A stretch of 62,743 nucleotides of DNA, filler included, from Asterionella formosa (lineage: Eukaryota), in NCBI GenBank assembly GCA_002256025.1. It is 15 parts of 15 records of this genome, joined end to end, with 100 filler letters (N's around TTAATTAATTAA, not from the genome) between each part and the next. Parts side by side here need not be neighbours in the genome. Positions count along the whole stretch, not along the records: positions 22,080 to 44,021 come from NKIB01002902.1; 14 more parts are not named here. One strand, written 5' to 3'. The translations under genes and the position numbers were made by a program. The notes beneath the pieces were generated by a model, which saw nothing but the letters and a program-made list of their open reading frames with translations, was not told the DNA's origin and searched no databases. Of this stretch, positions 24,043 to 38,613 are shown piece by piece; the stretch's first letter is position 1, and every line of letters begins with the position of its first letter.

Positions 24043-25138
24043 AGAAGCACTGGTGGGTTGATCTGGGAACGATGCAGTACAAGGAAGGTATCAAGGTAGC
24101 TACAATACAGAGTTGTACATACCTAGGTAGTATGGTCACTCTTTTCAGTGTCATTGCTCCTTCTATGAATACCGATATATACGGTGCATAATATAGATTC
24201 CATGCCACACATGCACCGTGTCCAACCTGCAGATTCCAACAATTTTGCCGTTGCATGTTGTTCTTGTATAACGTGCATATAACAGTCAAAATAGAAAGGT
24301 ATCAAATGTTGCTTTATGCGTTGATAGTAGAATTTGTACCGGGATACAGATCTAATTGACTGTAAAATTGTACTACAAGCTGAGAATTGACTGACCTGGC
24401 TGATTGATGGTTGCATTTCTTTCATGCCCCTGTATTCCTGGACCCCCCTGGGAATGTCCGGTAATCGAGATAGTTTGCTTAATCTTTTCCATAGAGGAAA
24501 AACCGGGTTTTACCGGACCTTCCTTTGAGGTCGTTGTTGGACCCGAGGAGTCCGGCAGTTGCGGTCATTTTGCCGAAATAGATGACGTGACGCAGGACAG
24601 GCGTTTATTTACATAGAAGACGTCGTATATGCATTGTGATCACCAATTAGTGACATAAAAGGTTTTTTATGTTGATTTTATTCGTCAAAACAGGGAAACG
24701 TCAAGAAAACAAAACAATGACCAGGGCAATAGAGGGGCGACCAAAGCAAAGTAAGCAATAGTATGCAAGTCTTGCTTATGTTGCTTTGATCTCTCCAAAC
24801 TCAAAATCATTCTCCTTTTTCGGCTGAAGTTATGAAAGCAACCTATCTTAGGGCCATTCTCATCAATTTTCAAGATATCGCGAAATTTGAAATTTTTTGA
24901 AAATGTATTAGCAACGCCAACTCGATTTCAACTGAATTTCATTCATTCCAAACTAGACACTGTATCACTAATTTGTATCACAGTGTATCATGGAGTAACA
25001 AGGATTGTTAGCAGTGACAGGCCAGCTACAAACATCTAAATATGTCTGAGCAGTAAAGGAGGTCAACCTGCGAGGGCGTCCCAAGCAAGTACACAAGATT
25101 ACAAGTAGGTAGACTCCTCCCGAGTAGGGTATTACCTA

Positions 25139-27393
25139 GGCAATTCACAAACTAACTATTGGCGCGCTTTTTGCCACTACATTGCCCTTTCAGTTTACAT
25201 TGAAAACCTATTTTAGATAGTTTGTATGTTGGATACAAACTAGCCAATTGCCCATCAAATAAAACATATTTTGTATATTTCATATGTACAGTTTTTGGAT
25301 AACTCAATCCTGCAATTGGCTGCCCATCATATAAAACATATTTTGTAAATTTCATATGCTCCGTTTTTCGACTGCCAAACTACCTTCAATATATTCAACA
25401 GCCCCTAGATTTTAATGCCGAAATCGACTGCCGTTTATTTAAGGGAATTTGATTACTGATATCTATAGCCCCTCAATTGCCTGCCGTTTACTTAAGGAAA
25501 ATCGGCTGCCGAAATTGGACGAGAGTAGGAGGAGCTACATGAAAGGCATGAAATGATGGTTTTCTTTTAAGTGTCGACGTCAATTCCACTATTTACATCC
25601 CTGCTATCTTCCAGCATGCTCCAATGTATACAAAATCTGGTCATTGATGTCTCAAGTACTGACTCTTCATCAAATTGATCTGGCTGGTTGTTGGATAATT
25701 CGATTTCTTATGGTATTCATATAATTGCATCGTGCTTGCTTCGTCACAGTGGCGCCAAAATTTCGGTTCCCCTTTCTGTTGATTTCCGATAGCCTTTCCG
25801 GTCAACTCCTTCGCTATATTTGATATGTAGTGATAGATAAATTAATGATTGTTCAAAAGCGACATCAATCAGTAGTTGAGTATCAAAACTCAAAACGTAA
25901 TGGTAGGTCAAAGTTAGGCTTCCATCTCGCCATTGAACCGGTATTTTCGTCAGATATGATCAGCCATTAAATTTTAACTATATTTTTGTAGAATGTTTTC
26001 TACGTGTTCTACATTATCTCAAATCAGATCTCGGCAGCAAGTTTTAGTGCTCACGTGTTGGCTTTTTTCCGCTGCCCTACAAAAGCATGTTTCATTGCTT
26101 TCTAATCACAATATTACTTATGTTACTTCTGCATAATCTTCTACAATGACAAACGAAAAGTCGTCAATCTCAATGAGCTATCGCAAACTCCGCAAAGCAG
26201 CTGGAACATGATGGAGCTGGTGTTCTGCATTAACTCGTATTCAACAAGGAAGAGAGGACAGGTATGTGTTTGTTGATTGTTGTTGTCATATTTGAGTTCC
26301 CGCCATGGTCGAGTATACTAATTATGACACATATTTCTTCCTCTTCAGAACGTTGATAAAGGCTATTGTCATGTTACTCCTCCACTTCCTGATGATGCAA
26401 CAAATCAGTATCCACTGGTCAAACCAGCCTGTCCAATGAGGTGAAATATGTTGCCAGTTGATTGTTGTTTTCACGAGGTATAATGATGAACACACACTAA
26501 CATTATTCTTTTCCTGTTTCCCAAAGCTAGCAAGCCACTTTTATCGAAACTCGCACGAAGATTGCAAAGTCTTCAGGACGCAAACAATGTGGGCAACATA
26601 TTTCGCCAGCACCAACAACATATCACTCCATTGCTCCCTATCAACCTAATCAAAACTGTCCTCCTCAATTTTCTAATTCACAAACGTCTACATCAGCCAG
26701 TAAATTTTCGACGCATCCTGCTCCTCCTGCCGGATACTGCCAGAATTCTGCACCGCCAGCACCAAGAAACCTCCGCTTTCAAGCTGTTGCTCCTCCAACA
26801 CCTCCGCAACCACAAGTCCAAATCAATTTATAAACCAGCATTGCCTCTTAATCCATTCAGGCATCGGTTTCTGCTCCGCCAGGCCCGATCTGAAAATTTT
26901 TGAAATTTCGTTGCAACGACAAAAAAGTGTGAGTTGACAATTGTTAATGAAAATGCGTTGACAAATTTTCACACGATTTTTCCGCTGACCCATTTTCTTT
27001 CTCACTTTTTATTCTACTCCCTGCTTGTCATTTTCACGTGTTACCTTTCGATTTCCGTTTCATACTTTGGTTGCTTAACAACATCGTGTCGAATTTTCGA
27101 TGCTTGTTACAATCATTCTTGTGTGACTATTTTTCATGCTTATACCGGTACCGGTACACCGGTATTCGGTGGTCCATGCATTTTTGATTTGTCTAAATAA
27201 ACTTTTTCCCATGAAAATTCTACTCCTGACGTTGCTCGATGGTCCCTGCTGCTCAAACCTAAAATTGATTGCCGAAAAATCCAATGTGCCCCATATTGCC
27301 CCTAAATAAAAAACTATTTAAAGAAACCAAAAATTACTTAGACACCCACAGTTCTCATCGAAAAGCAAGACGATAGCTAGGGTGGGGATTGCC
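25139..27393 (+). mobile_element. TIR element family C, divergent copy, about 2.25 kb
   Basis: GGCAATTCACAAACTAACTATTGGC ... GACGATAGCTAGGGTGGGGATTGCC; subterminal blocks (TTGCCCATCA, ATGTGCCCCATATTGCCC) shared with 8144..10065. Confidence 0.7.
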
Positions 27394-27583
27394 AAAGCAA
27401 GGAAATTGTGTGATCACTGGACGTTTCCACATGACTGGGGGCGCCCGGCATAACAGAAGATCAATCGTGGGGAGCCGTGCAAAAAGTATTAATCGTCCTG
27501 GGTACCAGCAGTATATTATGAGATTGTGACAACGATAAAGGTATGGAGCGAAGGATTAAGAGGTAGCACTACGAAGCGATCAA

Positions 27584-30500
27584 ATGAAGAATCCAGAACA
27601 AATTGAGTCTGTGCAAGGCAAACTTGCGTTTCGCCGTTTGGATCCAACCTTGTACCTCCTGCTTTTGTCAATACGCAGCTATAAGAAGGCTCAGATATCG
27701 ACTTCCGAAGCAGGATATGATTTTGCTCGAACTGGGGCTGAATGGTCGATTGGGTGGGCTGGGTCAAAAAGTGAGACTGGAGAACTCTCAATTAGATTTC
27801 TCAAGGCACAAGTTCAGCTGATGGCCACTTTGCAAGTACAGATATTGGACTTGAATTCAAAATTCAATGAGCTTGAATGGATTATAATATCTGATTCCAT
27901 TGCTTTCCCGCTGTTGGATATCTTGTCGTCCTATAGGGGGAACGAAGTATCAAATGCAGCGCACCATAGCGCAAGGCTTCAGGCTATCGAAACCGCAGCA
28001 AAGGCGCTCTCTGCATTTGTTTCGATTCTTGACACACCACTTTTGTCAAAGAAAACCTATGATTACATTGTTGTATGCACTTCGTCTATACCGAACGGTG
28101 TAGCTACTGACGGATCGTTCGAACGGGGTATCGATTGTGAGAAAGCCCTATTACAGTTGATTCGTACACTTCTTGCTAACTCAACAATGAATGGACCAAT
28201 GAATGTCGAGCTGACGATGATTTTGAATGAAAGCCAGTTAGTGGGGCAGATTGCTGCGAGTTGCGTTGCTGCCATTACAGTCGATGATCATGAGCGACAT
28301 AAGGATATTGCTCTTCAAAATGAAGCACTGCTTACCATAAATGCACTCCTTGTTTCGGTATCATTGAAGGAAATGTGGCAGAAACTCTTTCCAGGTTGCT
28401 TTGTGGTGAGTAGAACCTTGCCATCATTGAGTATGCCATGCTCCGATTCTTGTCTAACTCTCTTTTCAGGGATTGTGTCGACTCGCTTTTTCTCACATGA
28501 GGTGGAAGAATTCTAGTGCAGAAGTTGTATCGCAAGGTTTGTTTACAATGTCAAAACTTTTTGACGTAACTCTCCGATCTGATACGCTACAGATCAAGAA
28601 TGATCGATCAGCAACAAGTGTGATTCAGACAATCAATACATTAGCAAACAATACATCAGAGCAAGGAACAAATTCAGCCGAATGCGTCTGTTTTGTTGAC
28701 GAGATAGATTCACGCTTGCCATCTGTATTGCCAATATTATTGAATTCACTTCATTCATCTTCGTCTCCTAAACTGAGGTTTGCGGCGACAGAGTTGTGCC
28801 AGCGTTTGCTTACTTGTGTTTGTGTTGTACTGAAGGAGGAAAATCAATTGGCTATGGAAAGGTGTGCTTTTGAATCTTGCATGATTCTGACGAGGGACAA
28901 TGACGAAAAAGTGGCCAATTCCGCTTTGGCTGTTTTGCAAGAGTACAAGAACTTGATAGGGGACACTTCCTGGAGAGTGTACTATAGCCAGGATATATCA
29001 TCACGGATTGTTGAAATGACAGTCAAGGCGTCCACCCTGGCAAAAAGTGAGCGAGAGGCCGAGTTTACAGCTACTCTAAAACTCATTGCTGCGAATCTTG
29101 AGAGCCTTTCGGCGTTGGGACAATATTCATGGGGTACACAATCAATGAACGCGATACAGCGGGAGCTTCGTGGTATGTTAATGTATGAAAGTTTTGACAT
29201 TGCTCTTCCTTTCAATGCTTTTGTTCTAACGACCTTTCAAAAGATATCTTTGATATCGATTTCGACCTTGCGCATCTTTCGTCAATTGTTAACTCAAGCA
29301 CGACTCTGGAGCAATCTTTTATTGTGTATAACAGCAATGCTGTAGAATTTCGATTTCGTTATATAGGAGGAACTTCCTTGGCACAAGCAAAAGGGCTCAT
29401 ACGCGCTTTCACTCTCGCCTTTGGGACGAAGCGCTCACACCAATTTGTAGATGCTGCGATCGCCGACCTGTTTGAATCATGTTCTCGTCGATCAAAGGAA
29501 AGCTCATCGTCACTTTTCGGTACTTCGCAGGTTTTGTGGTTGCGAGAATGGATTGGTACTGCGTTTGTGGTAAATGAGGTAGGCTTGCAATTGCCAAGTT
29601 CGGCGATGTTACTAATTCGATTTTACTAACTCCCTATTTTATGCAGATGCTCGAATGTTTAACCACTGTTCACCCTCAATCAGAGCAAAGCGCTCGCAAA
29701 CGACTTCGAGCCTTATCATCAGCAATAGTCCCCATCCTTACAACCGCTCCTCTCTGGACACTTCCAACAAAAGTTGAGTCTTGTCACAGCTCGAATGCAC
29801 CTAGTAAAGTTTCAGCGTTAGCCCTGAAAGGAAACGCCGTGCTTGTATGCCTTCTTGCCAGGATCGTTGGTACCTTAATTAGGAAAATAGGGAATGATTC
29901 AAGATCATTGCTTTCTGTCGCGTTGTTCCCTTTGATTGAGAAAACAAGCTCCTCCAACCACTGGCTAGTAAAACACGAAGTTTTGCGAATTCTGAATGAA
30001 ACTGCCTCAGTATTTTGTGTCTCCCTAACACTGTTGGTCGACGAAAACTTTGACTACATTTTCGCTGCATTACTTGCAGAACTGCGGCCTCTCGCAGGAA
30101 ATGTTCACAAGGAAGAAAATGTAAGAGCATTTTGTGACTTGTCAGATCTAATCATTGCAAACCTTCATATTCTGTACATGAAACCCAACAACAAAAACAT
30201 TGTTCACGACAGTCTGCCCTCGGAGGGACGAACAATAGGAAAGAAGACACACGTATCAAATCTGATCGAGGTTGTTCGATTGCTCACTTTTCGCTTTGAT
30301 CTTAGTACACGAATGAATTTGCCTGCTACTGATCGCCAGGTGATGCTTCTGGGTCTCCTTGGTGTGTATAGTGCATCAATTTCTTTTATCAAGTCCACGC
30401 TAAGTACTGAATTTCAATTCAGGCTCGCCAACCGAACGGAAACAGTATGTCACGCAGGCAGCGTTGACAAGTGGCTGGAAGTACTTGAGCCTTTTCGCAT

Positions 30501-31578
30501 AAAGACCATTGGATCAAGAATGTGTGGAAATGGTTCAAATTGCACCATGGGAACGGCAGAGCCACCAGCCAACAGTATTGATTTTTCCAAAGAAGAAGTG
30601 GATTTCCTCAGTTTGATTTTGGAACGTTGTGGTTTTTCCCTCTCAAGTCCAAACCTGAAAATCAAAGTAGCAAGTGTTGCTACGCAAGCAGAAGCATTTG
30701 GGCTACTTGGTCTGGTTTCCGCTCATCATAATGTAAGTGGCAGGAGTATGTTTTAATTTGCAAACATCATGTTTGAGTCTAACTACGTCATGTCATAGGA
30801 GAATACTGAGGACGACGGTGTCAACCAAAGCCCTCACAATGCGGTTTTCCGGCAAATCAATGATTCGTGGCCATCTGTGATAGCTGCACTAGCTGTGCAC
30901 AAGTTTGTCAGTGCCCCTTCTCGAGGAGTGCCTTCCATCAATTTGACCATGGAGCAAAGTAGCAATGTAATGACGCAGTCATCGCACTATTTTCTGCTAT
31001 CACTCATTTTTGATTTGATTACCAGCATGTGTGAAGCATCTGGTGATTTCATTGTTGGGCGACTGAAAGAAGATGTTTGGCCAACACTTCCAAAGCTTCT
31101 TGGAATGTTTCTTGGAAGAGAAGCAGAGGTTAAAAGCGTGCTTCCAAATGTTGAGTGCGATAGCAGCTCGCCTGTTGATCCCCTGGTTGAGATTAATTTG
31201 ACAGAGAAAGATAAATTACTGTTGGCAATCCTGAGATTTCTTTGCAAGTGCTTTCAATTGCCAAAGATTGGTCTTGGCCTTGCAGGAAGTATTGAATCTA
31301 CAGGTGCAATCATCTTGCCATTTTTAGGCCTCAGTAATCCAGTTGGTGCATACACCTTCGATGTGCTCAAAGCCATGCTCCAAGTAGATTCTGATGCACT
31401 GCGAAGGGCACTGTATTCAACTGCCAGGCAAGCATTCCCCAGATGTCCCATGAAGCTCTCAAGTGTGACAGTCTGCTCAAATTTGAAAACTGTTTTTTGT
31501 TCATCGTCAGGCCTTGAGGGAAAAGCGATTCAGTTAATTGAGTTTGCAGACAGTCTACTGGAGCAAAGACTCGGGTAG
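27584..31578 (+). CDS. TTI1: TELO2-interacting protein 1-like HEAT/ARM-repeat protein (multi-exon)
   Basis: Chain of helical ORFs joined by introns (28406..28469, near 29172, 29579, 30733); LFPG, ENFDYI, SWP, GDFIVGRLKEDVWP, VDSDAL motifs fit TTI1; start uncertain. Confidence 0.7.
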
Positions 31579-33299
31579 GTTGCCATGCCATGGATACAAA
31601 AACAAGATGCTGTCCCAGCAATATCTGGAAGCCAGAAATACAAAATCTGCTTTTGTTGTATGAATCCTCACTCCTACTAGCTTTGCTAAACTTAGGTTTT
31701 CTCAGTTTTATATGTAATTCTCTATCATCTCATTTTGTGATTCTGAATCCGCAGATAATTCATTCATTCATTTGGTGTATTGGTCAGTACCTTCAAGGTG
31801 CTGCTATTTTGGTGAAACTGATCACTGGACATGCATTCATGTATAGAGTGGTATGACCAAGCTTAACATCGTTTCAGAAAAAATGTCTATGAATTGTTGG
31901 GGTCAATTCCACATTCCTTGCTATATCTCACATGGTCTTGAGCGGTTTGCACAAAAAAGGGAGTTGGATCTCCCCCCTTCGATGTAGGAGGGATACCATG
32001 GTCAGCACCCTACAATCTCAGTTCATGCTTGACTTCATGAAATTTCTACCAGAATTCATTGAGATTCCTCCTAGAGTCAGCATTCTGGACTTTCACCTGA
32101 ACAAATGATTCATTTACAAACCCATCACTGCCATGATTGACATCATTGCATCGAAGCCTTCGAAAGACATTGTAACGACTTGGGCAGACTTTTCATTCAT
32201 ACTGCAGAATGAAAACCAAGGCGAATCTTCACTGATTTCCCTATCATCACCTTGCCGAATTTCTACTAACCAAGACCACCTAGACCAGTGTCCATCAATG
32301 CACTTAATCTCCAAACCTACTACGCCCTACCAATCATTCATTCCATGTACATTTGATGTGATGATGAGAGTATGGTGTCCAGAGAAGTATAATTTAAGCT
32401 CACATTTGTGGAATATTCATTTAAATTCTTTGTGTCTGGCATGGTGGCATATGTTTCATCATGATAGATACTACAAGCTTTGTTTGTTAAGGTTCTTGAT
32501 TCAGAGTAACAATCAAATCCACGCTTGCCTTTCATGAGTAAAATCAAGATGTATATTGCTACTTGGAGCTTTCACAATTGGACACCCTTTCTGTATCCTT
32601 AGATACAGTCATTGGTCAAAGTTGGTGAATAGGTCAACTCTTTATAACGTCAGGGTATAGGTTCTGGTGAGGAATTGCAGTAAGGATCTTCCTTTGTCAT
32701 TTTAACTGTGCTAAAATAGGCTAGAAAATTTGGGGGAAACCGGTTTTTTGGCATATTAAAAAACCAAAGTACTTTCAGCAGTTTCTTGCCAGAAGTTAGT
32801 AGCGTCTGGCGCTCTTTGAAGGTGCCCTATGTAATATTTAATTTTCCTTTAAACCCCGCCAATGTTGAGAAATCATTGTCCAAAAAGTTGACAAAATCAT
32901 ACCTGCCCATTTCAAAAAATTTAAATAATTCAAACAGAATCATTGTTATCCAAGAATAGCTCCTATAAATTCTCAATTCCAATGAAATTTTTGGCAGCCC
33001 TAGCAATATTTTATTTTTCGCCTAGGGTCTCTAATACAGCAACAATTACCTTAGCTAATAACATACAATAAAATTTACTCATAATTAATATATAGGTATC
33101 ATAATAGTACCAGCAGTACATAGCAGTGTATATATCATATTCTCCCTCTGTTCATGTATACTGGTAGTTGCAAGCAATCTTTGTCATGGACTCTCATGAT
33201 GCGCAAGCTCTGGTAATGCTCCGACTAGTCACAGCCCCTCCTCATGTCAAAACTATTCTGAATTGATCCAATTTCCTGACATTTCGAAGATATCCCCAC

Positions 33300-33920
33300 T
33301 CAAGAGGAGCATTGGGCATTGCATCAGCCAACTCCAAATCAGTCAGAAATTCAAAACCATTAGCAAGCTCCTTCTTTTTATCATAATCGACGATGAGCTA
33401 ATAAAAATCTGTTTAAAAGGCACAAGCAGAAAGAATACCAACTGATTTCTTCAGGCTGAAGGACTGCTAGGATGTCCTCAGGATCCTCCATGTATTGCTG
33501 AGCATTCCAAACTTCATCTCAATTCCAATGTGTTGTTGTGAAAGGAAATAGGTGTATGCTTCTTTGTTTGTTGATTCACTTTGACTTCCATCAAAGGAAC
33601 AGAGGACTTGATCAGTCAGTGTGTAAGCAGTATCACCTACTATGTATCGTCCTGGACAAAGGCTGGATACAATCTGAAAAAGCTATGTTCTTTCAAATTT
33701 CTTCTGATCTAAACATGTTCCTAATGGTGCCACAACAAGAATGTATAGGAAACAACAATTGCTGTCGCAAACTGCTTTAACATTCATTCCATACGACATA
33801 AAATGCCCAGAACAATTCTATGCTTGAGGGAAGCCGTCACAATCCTTTTTTCTTGGTTTAGCAATAGGCTGTAAATACCCATCGATAGCACCAATACATC
33901 CACGAAATAGGTGCTGAAGG
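33300..33920 (-). mobile_element. PIF/Harbinger DDE transposase (DDE_Tnp_4-like) pseudogene
   Basis: Minus-strand translation gives LFRGCIGAIDG, VKAVCD, PGRYIVGDTAY, IEMKFGMLSNTWRIL with stops and frameshifts. Confidence 0.8.
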
Positions 33921-35824
33921 ATTTGGCAGAATCAGCAAAACAGATTGAACTCAATATTTTAGGATAAATCAGATCAAAGCTAAAAATTTATTGGAACAAC
34001 AAGCCGGTTGGGTTGGTTTTTTAAATGGATATCAAGAAGAGACACATGTATCAATTCTTTTTACCACCAAAATTATTTGCCCTTTTAGTCGCATCTAGTT
34101 TGAAGCACAACATGTTGCATGTGATATGCTCATGATACATTCTGGAGCTTAAGAAATAGAAAATGAATAATTTTTTAAACAATATTTTTTTATTTTATAC
34201 CGTCAGTATTGAACCTGACATAAAGAAACTGATGGTTTATAATCCCCAATGTCTTGCACTTGGGCACTCAAGCTAGATGACTAGAAAGGTTCACAATGAC
34301 ATACAGGGCTCACACCATCACCTTTCCAAGTCCAGCTCAACCGAACGATCGAATATAGAATAAATAATCCTTAGCTCACTCGTTTTAATCATTTTACTCT
34401 GATTGTAAACTCTGAACTTGTTTAGGATTGATTGCTTAGATAGTATAGGGCAGATGTTTTCACTTTCTTGAGTTGCTGTTGCATTTGTTGCAGCAAAAGC
34501 AAATTTAGGAAAATTGCCTCTGAGCACGGTATCTGCCATCATTCATGCAGTATCATCCCAGGAGCATCCATTTCAACTTGTATTTGTTCACGAGAACTTA
34601 CAGATTCTGTTTTGCCTATTAACCATCGTTCGTTCAATTGTCAGCACTCATGATTTTCCTACGCATCATCTTGCAGAATTGTCTAGGCCTTTCTTTAGAA
34701 TTTGTTGGATTGTCAGTTCTTAGCGGGAAAGCCCACGGATTTTCGGGTTAGTGCATTGGTCATAAACTTTTTCTCAAGATAAATGGCCAAGGAAAGGAGA
34801 ACACAACTCCCTTTTGACGGGGATGCAAACAATTTGAACCTAGTTTGGCGCATCCCTCTCTTCCAACGCATTTTTGTTCAACACAGACGCAGCTTGGCCA
34901 TCAGAGTGACAAGGAATCGAAAATTTGCGGTTAGTTTTTTGATTATTGGAAGCAACTGGCAATTTGGCTGACACAACACAGCACACAGGCAGGCAGCTGA
35001 TACCATTGATGAATCAGCAAAAGATGATCATCATTATTGAAATCTAGCTAAATGTGAGACTCTAGTGGTTGCCTTACTTGTAAGGTTTCCCTTATCATGT
35101 CTGCCGACTTCTTCCTTTTTATGGCCTTTTTGATGACGAGGTCATTGACAGGCACAAACCTTGTTGGATTTCCACCAAGTGAAAAGACAATTCGGCATAA
35201 AATACTACAAAACTTCTTGTAGTAATAAATTATGTAAGAATACTGGCCATGTGTTTGGTTATCATCTTTGTTTTCCCCAGGCTCCTCTACACTAAACTCA
35301 TAGCTTTTAGTATAGGCTATATGCCATCATCTCTGTACAACATCATAGAAAAAAGTACATTTTTGTAAGCATGGGAGTGTGTCAGTTCATTTACTCTCCT
35401 GGTCAACATTGTTGCTATGTTGATGTTTAAGTTTAATTTGATTAATGATGTTTTACCAGTAGTAGCTAGTATAATCCCTCAACACACATCAGTACACCAA
35501 AAGTACACTGGTAAAGGTCGTGCCAGTCGTACTCATCTTGACTCACCAGGTATACCTGCCTGGTAGTGTACCCTGGTACCTGGTAGAATTTCTTTGACAA
35601 TACCATCGTATACTGCAGGTTTCTATTGCTCCGCCCATCGGTAGAATATTGTTATACCAAAATGTGGCAAAACACCCACACGTGCTACAAGTTAAGCAGG
35701 ATGGAAACAGTGGACAATACCCGGGGAGTTCAAAGAAAAGGGCAACATACAATTACTTATGCATCACGCTAGCAGAGACTGAACAGAATGGAGGTACCAG
35801 GTTCCACACCACGGGGTGTATGTG

Positions 35825-36249
35825 TGTTAAAGTATTACCTTTTTGATAGATCTATATCATTAGACAAAGAAGACTATAGATAGAGACGTTTGTTTCTCTT
35901 TCCGTTTCTATATTCTTATTGTGAGTTTACTAATCTAGTTTAGGTTGTTCTGTTTGAACAAACAAACAAACTATTCTCCAAATGCTGTTTGCATTTCTAG
36001 AAACATACAATCATAGATAGACCCAGCCATGTCTATCTCACACTTACTGATCATAAGTTTTTAACCATGATCATTCATTTTCAAACTATCGGTCTTCCGA
36101 AATAGCTTATATCTTCCGGCTCAGTAAAGGCGGAGTAACAACGTAAAATGTGTGGTTGATGAGAGCATGGTACATCAAAGTTGACTCATTCGAATCATTT
36201 GTCTTGTTTGACTCCGAGTCATAACTACGTAGATGAGCTCACTTTAACA
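35825..36249. repeat. Solo-LTR-like element (425 bp)
   Basis: TGTTAAAGT...ACTTTAACA inverted ends; near-identical to 47615..48035. Confidence 0.8.
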
Positions 36250-37482
36250 TACTATGTGCCACCAAAATTCTCCGTTTTTCTGAAGAGCGGTTTGGACTGG
36301 TGCTATTGATTGTTGATCCTTGTCCAGAGCAGTTGTTGGAGCAGCAATTGATCAGGCTGATTACTGATGGTTGGCAATGGAGCAGAGAAGAAAAATTGAC
36401 TTGCCTAGCATGTCGAATCCTTTTGGGAACATCGTTTTCGATGAGGCCATTCCCACTGCTGCTTTAGCTGGCACTGATTCCTCTGCAAGTAATACGACCC
36501 CTTCGCTCAGCTAGCGTTCGCTCCTTGCGGACGTCACAAGGGGGTTGGTTGATGACCCAGGTAAGAAACTTATCCGATGGAATTTGTTGATGTCACACTG
36601 ATTTGTCAGGGAGTTGTAGTGGTTGCAGGTGGTAGGGACAGTAGCTCTCAACGATTTGAACCATTGGGAGTGCTAACTGTAAAGTGGCGGGACATAAATT
36701 TAAAAAAATTTGGTCTTAGGACATACTGTCTACTTGAGGGCTACTACAATGTTAGCATATGTCGAGCCTTGTTATCTGAATATTGAAGAAGCTCAGATGT
36801 TGGAAGACGAGTTAACATCGGTCCTTGGGTTGGCATTGACGCCACATGAATGGTCATATGTTTTTCGGCCTTAAGAAAATGAAACGTCAGCAATGAACTG
36901 AGGTTGTTTGGCATTCGATTAAACGAAGAAGAAGAGGGATATGGTAGAATTTCACCAATAATGTACTGGTAAAAATTTTAGAACAGTACGGTGTTTGTAA
37001 TATAGAATGACAGAATATACTGGTATACTGATACTGCGTCTGGAGCAGTATCAGTACTGTATCCAATGCTTCAGTATACTGCGTTCCAGTAGACTTTTGC
37101 CGACCTCGTATATAGCATTAACAAATAGCTGGAATACAATAATACGCGGTTATTTTTTCTGAAGACATCAAAACTACCGGTATTTGGGAGTGTTGCGCCA
37201 GATGTACAAAGGGAGGTTCTTTTATGGTACCAGGTACCAGGTCCCAGTTTAGCCGGTACCGCTACCGGTACCTGGTAACCTGTAGGTAGCTAAGGACCAG
37301 TCTGATATCGTACGTACATTCTGGTAAATATGACAGGTTTAGCTACAATGCTGCTATATTATGTATGTTCACAGCAATTTTTATGTTTGCTACCGGTACT
37401 TGTTTGTTCAATGGAACTCGACTTTAGAATAACAAACCATACCTAATAAGGTTGTTGATATTGGGTACGGTTTGGTGACAGC

Positions 37483-38347
37483 ATGTCAGAGGAACAACAA
37501 CAACAGCAGCAGCATGATCCTATGGAAAGTCTTCTCGGGAGCAGCCTTCTTATAAAGGCAAACTCACCAAACGAGAAGACGACAACGGCTTTGAAGGGCA
37601 AGGATCTTGTACTGCTCTACTTTTCTGCAAGCTGTAAGTTTCGCTTCACTGTTTGTTGGCACTTTATGGTCTTCTTGGGTTTTTTTCGAATTAACGCCTA
37701 TAATCCACAAACAGGGTGTCCACCTTGCAGGGCCTTCACTCCATTGCTTGTGAGTTTTTACAACAATTGTGCAAAAGACGGAAAGGTCGAGATTGTTTTC
37801 GTTTCGTCTGATAACAGTGTTCAGTCCTTCAATGACTACTACGGTAAGATGCCATGGTTGTCAATTCCTGTTGATCCCGGAACAGCCCATATTAAGAGTA
37901 AATTGGCACAAGCTTTGAAAGTCAGCGGTATACCTGCATTGATTGTATTGGACGCTAAAACTGGGCACTTAGTGAAAAGCAATGCGAGAGACGAAGTGAC
38001 CAGCGTTGGGGGCGATAAGAGCAAGGGATTGGATCTCATTTCTTCTTGGAAAAAGAAGGAGACTGTGCCTTTGGAATCTCTAGTCCAAGATATTCCAGAT
38101 ATTACAATCCGAGGAGCGCTTTGGAGTCTACTTATGATTTTGTAAGCATTATCCAATCTGCTTCTTCGAACTGACGGTGATCCTTTAAGATCTTTGTTAC
38201 TCACATAATTTCTATTTCTCCTTCCGCACCGATAGTGTTAAGAATCCAACCTATATTTTTGGTTTGATTTATTTTTATTCAATCGCCGTGCGTTACTTAA
38301 AGAAACATGGTTTCATCGGAAGCAATATAGCTGGTGAGGACTTGTAG
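37483..38347 (+). CDS. Nucleoredoxin/tryparedoxin-like thioredoxin with C-terminal TM anchor (3 exons)
   Basis: Splicing 37634..37714 yields LYFSASWCPPCRAFTP; EIVFVSSD, MPWLSIP, GIPALIV; intron 38142..38235 gives hydrophobic tail ending GEDL*. Confidence 0.88.
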
Positions 38348-38613
38348 AACTTTTAAACTCGAATGTTGTGTCAACATTTCAGACGTCACGATGAAGAAAT
38401 GTTCTTGCCTGGAGAACTCTATAATTTCCATAGGAATGTAAAAGTCAATTTTTACTAAAACTGAATGCAAATGCATGAAGTACATTAATCGACATCTTTC
38501 GAGATACGCCTTTTCAGGCATTCATTTGATATGAACATGCTCCTTAGGTGCCGCCTTGTCGTTATAGCGAAAACAGCCTCCAATTGCGGGGCAGTGCGTT
38601 GTGAATAGAATGT

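Noticed and set aside
31900..32560. Possible piggyBac transposase remnant on the minus strand
   Set aside because: Only faint motif echoes (MKGK, EDSPWF); too degenerate and no TTAA-bounded ends found
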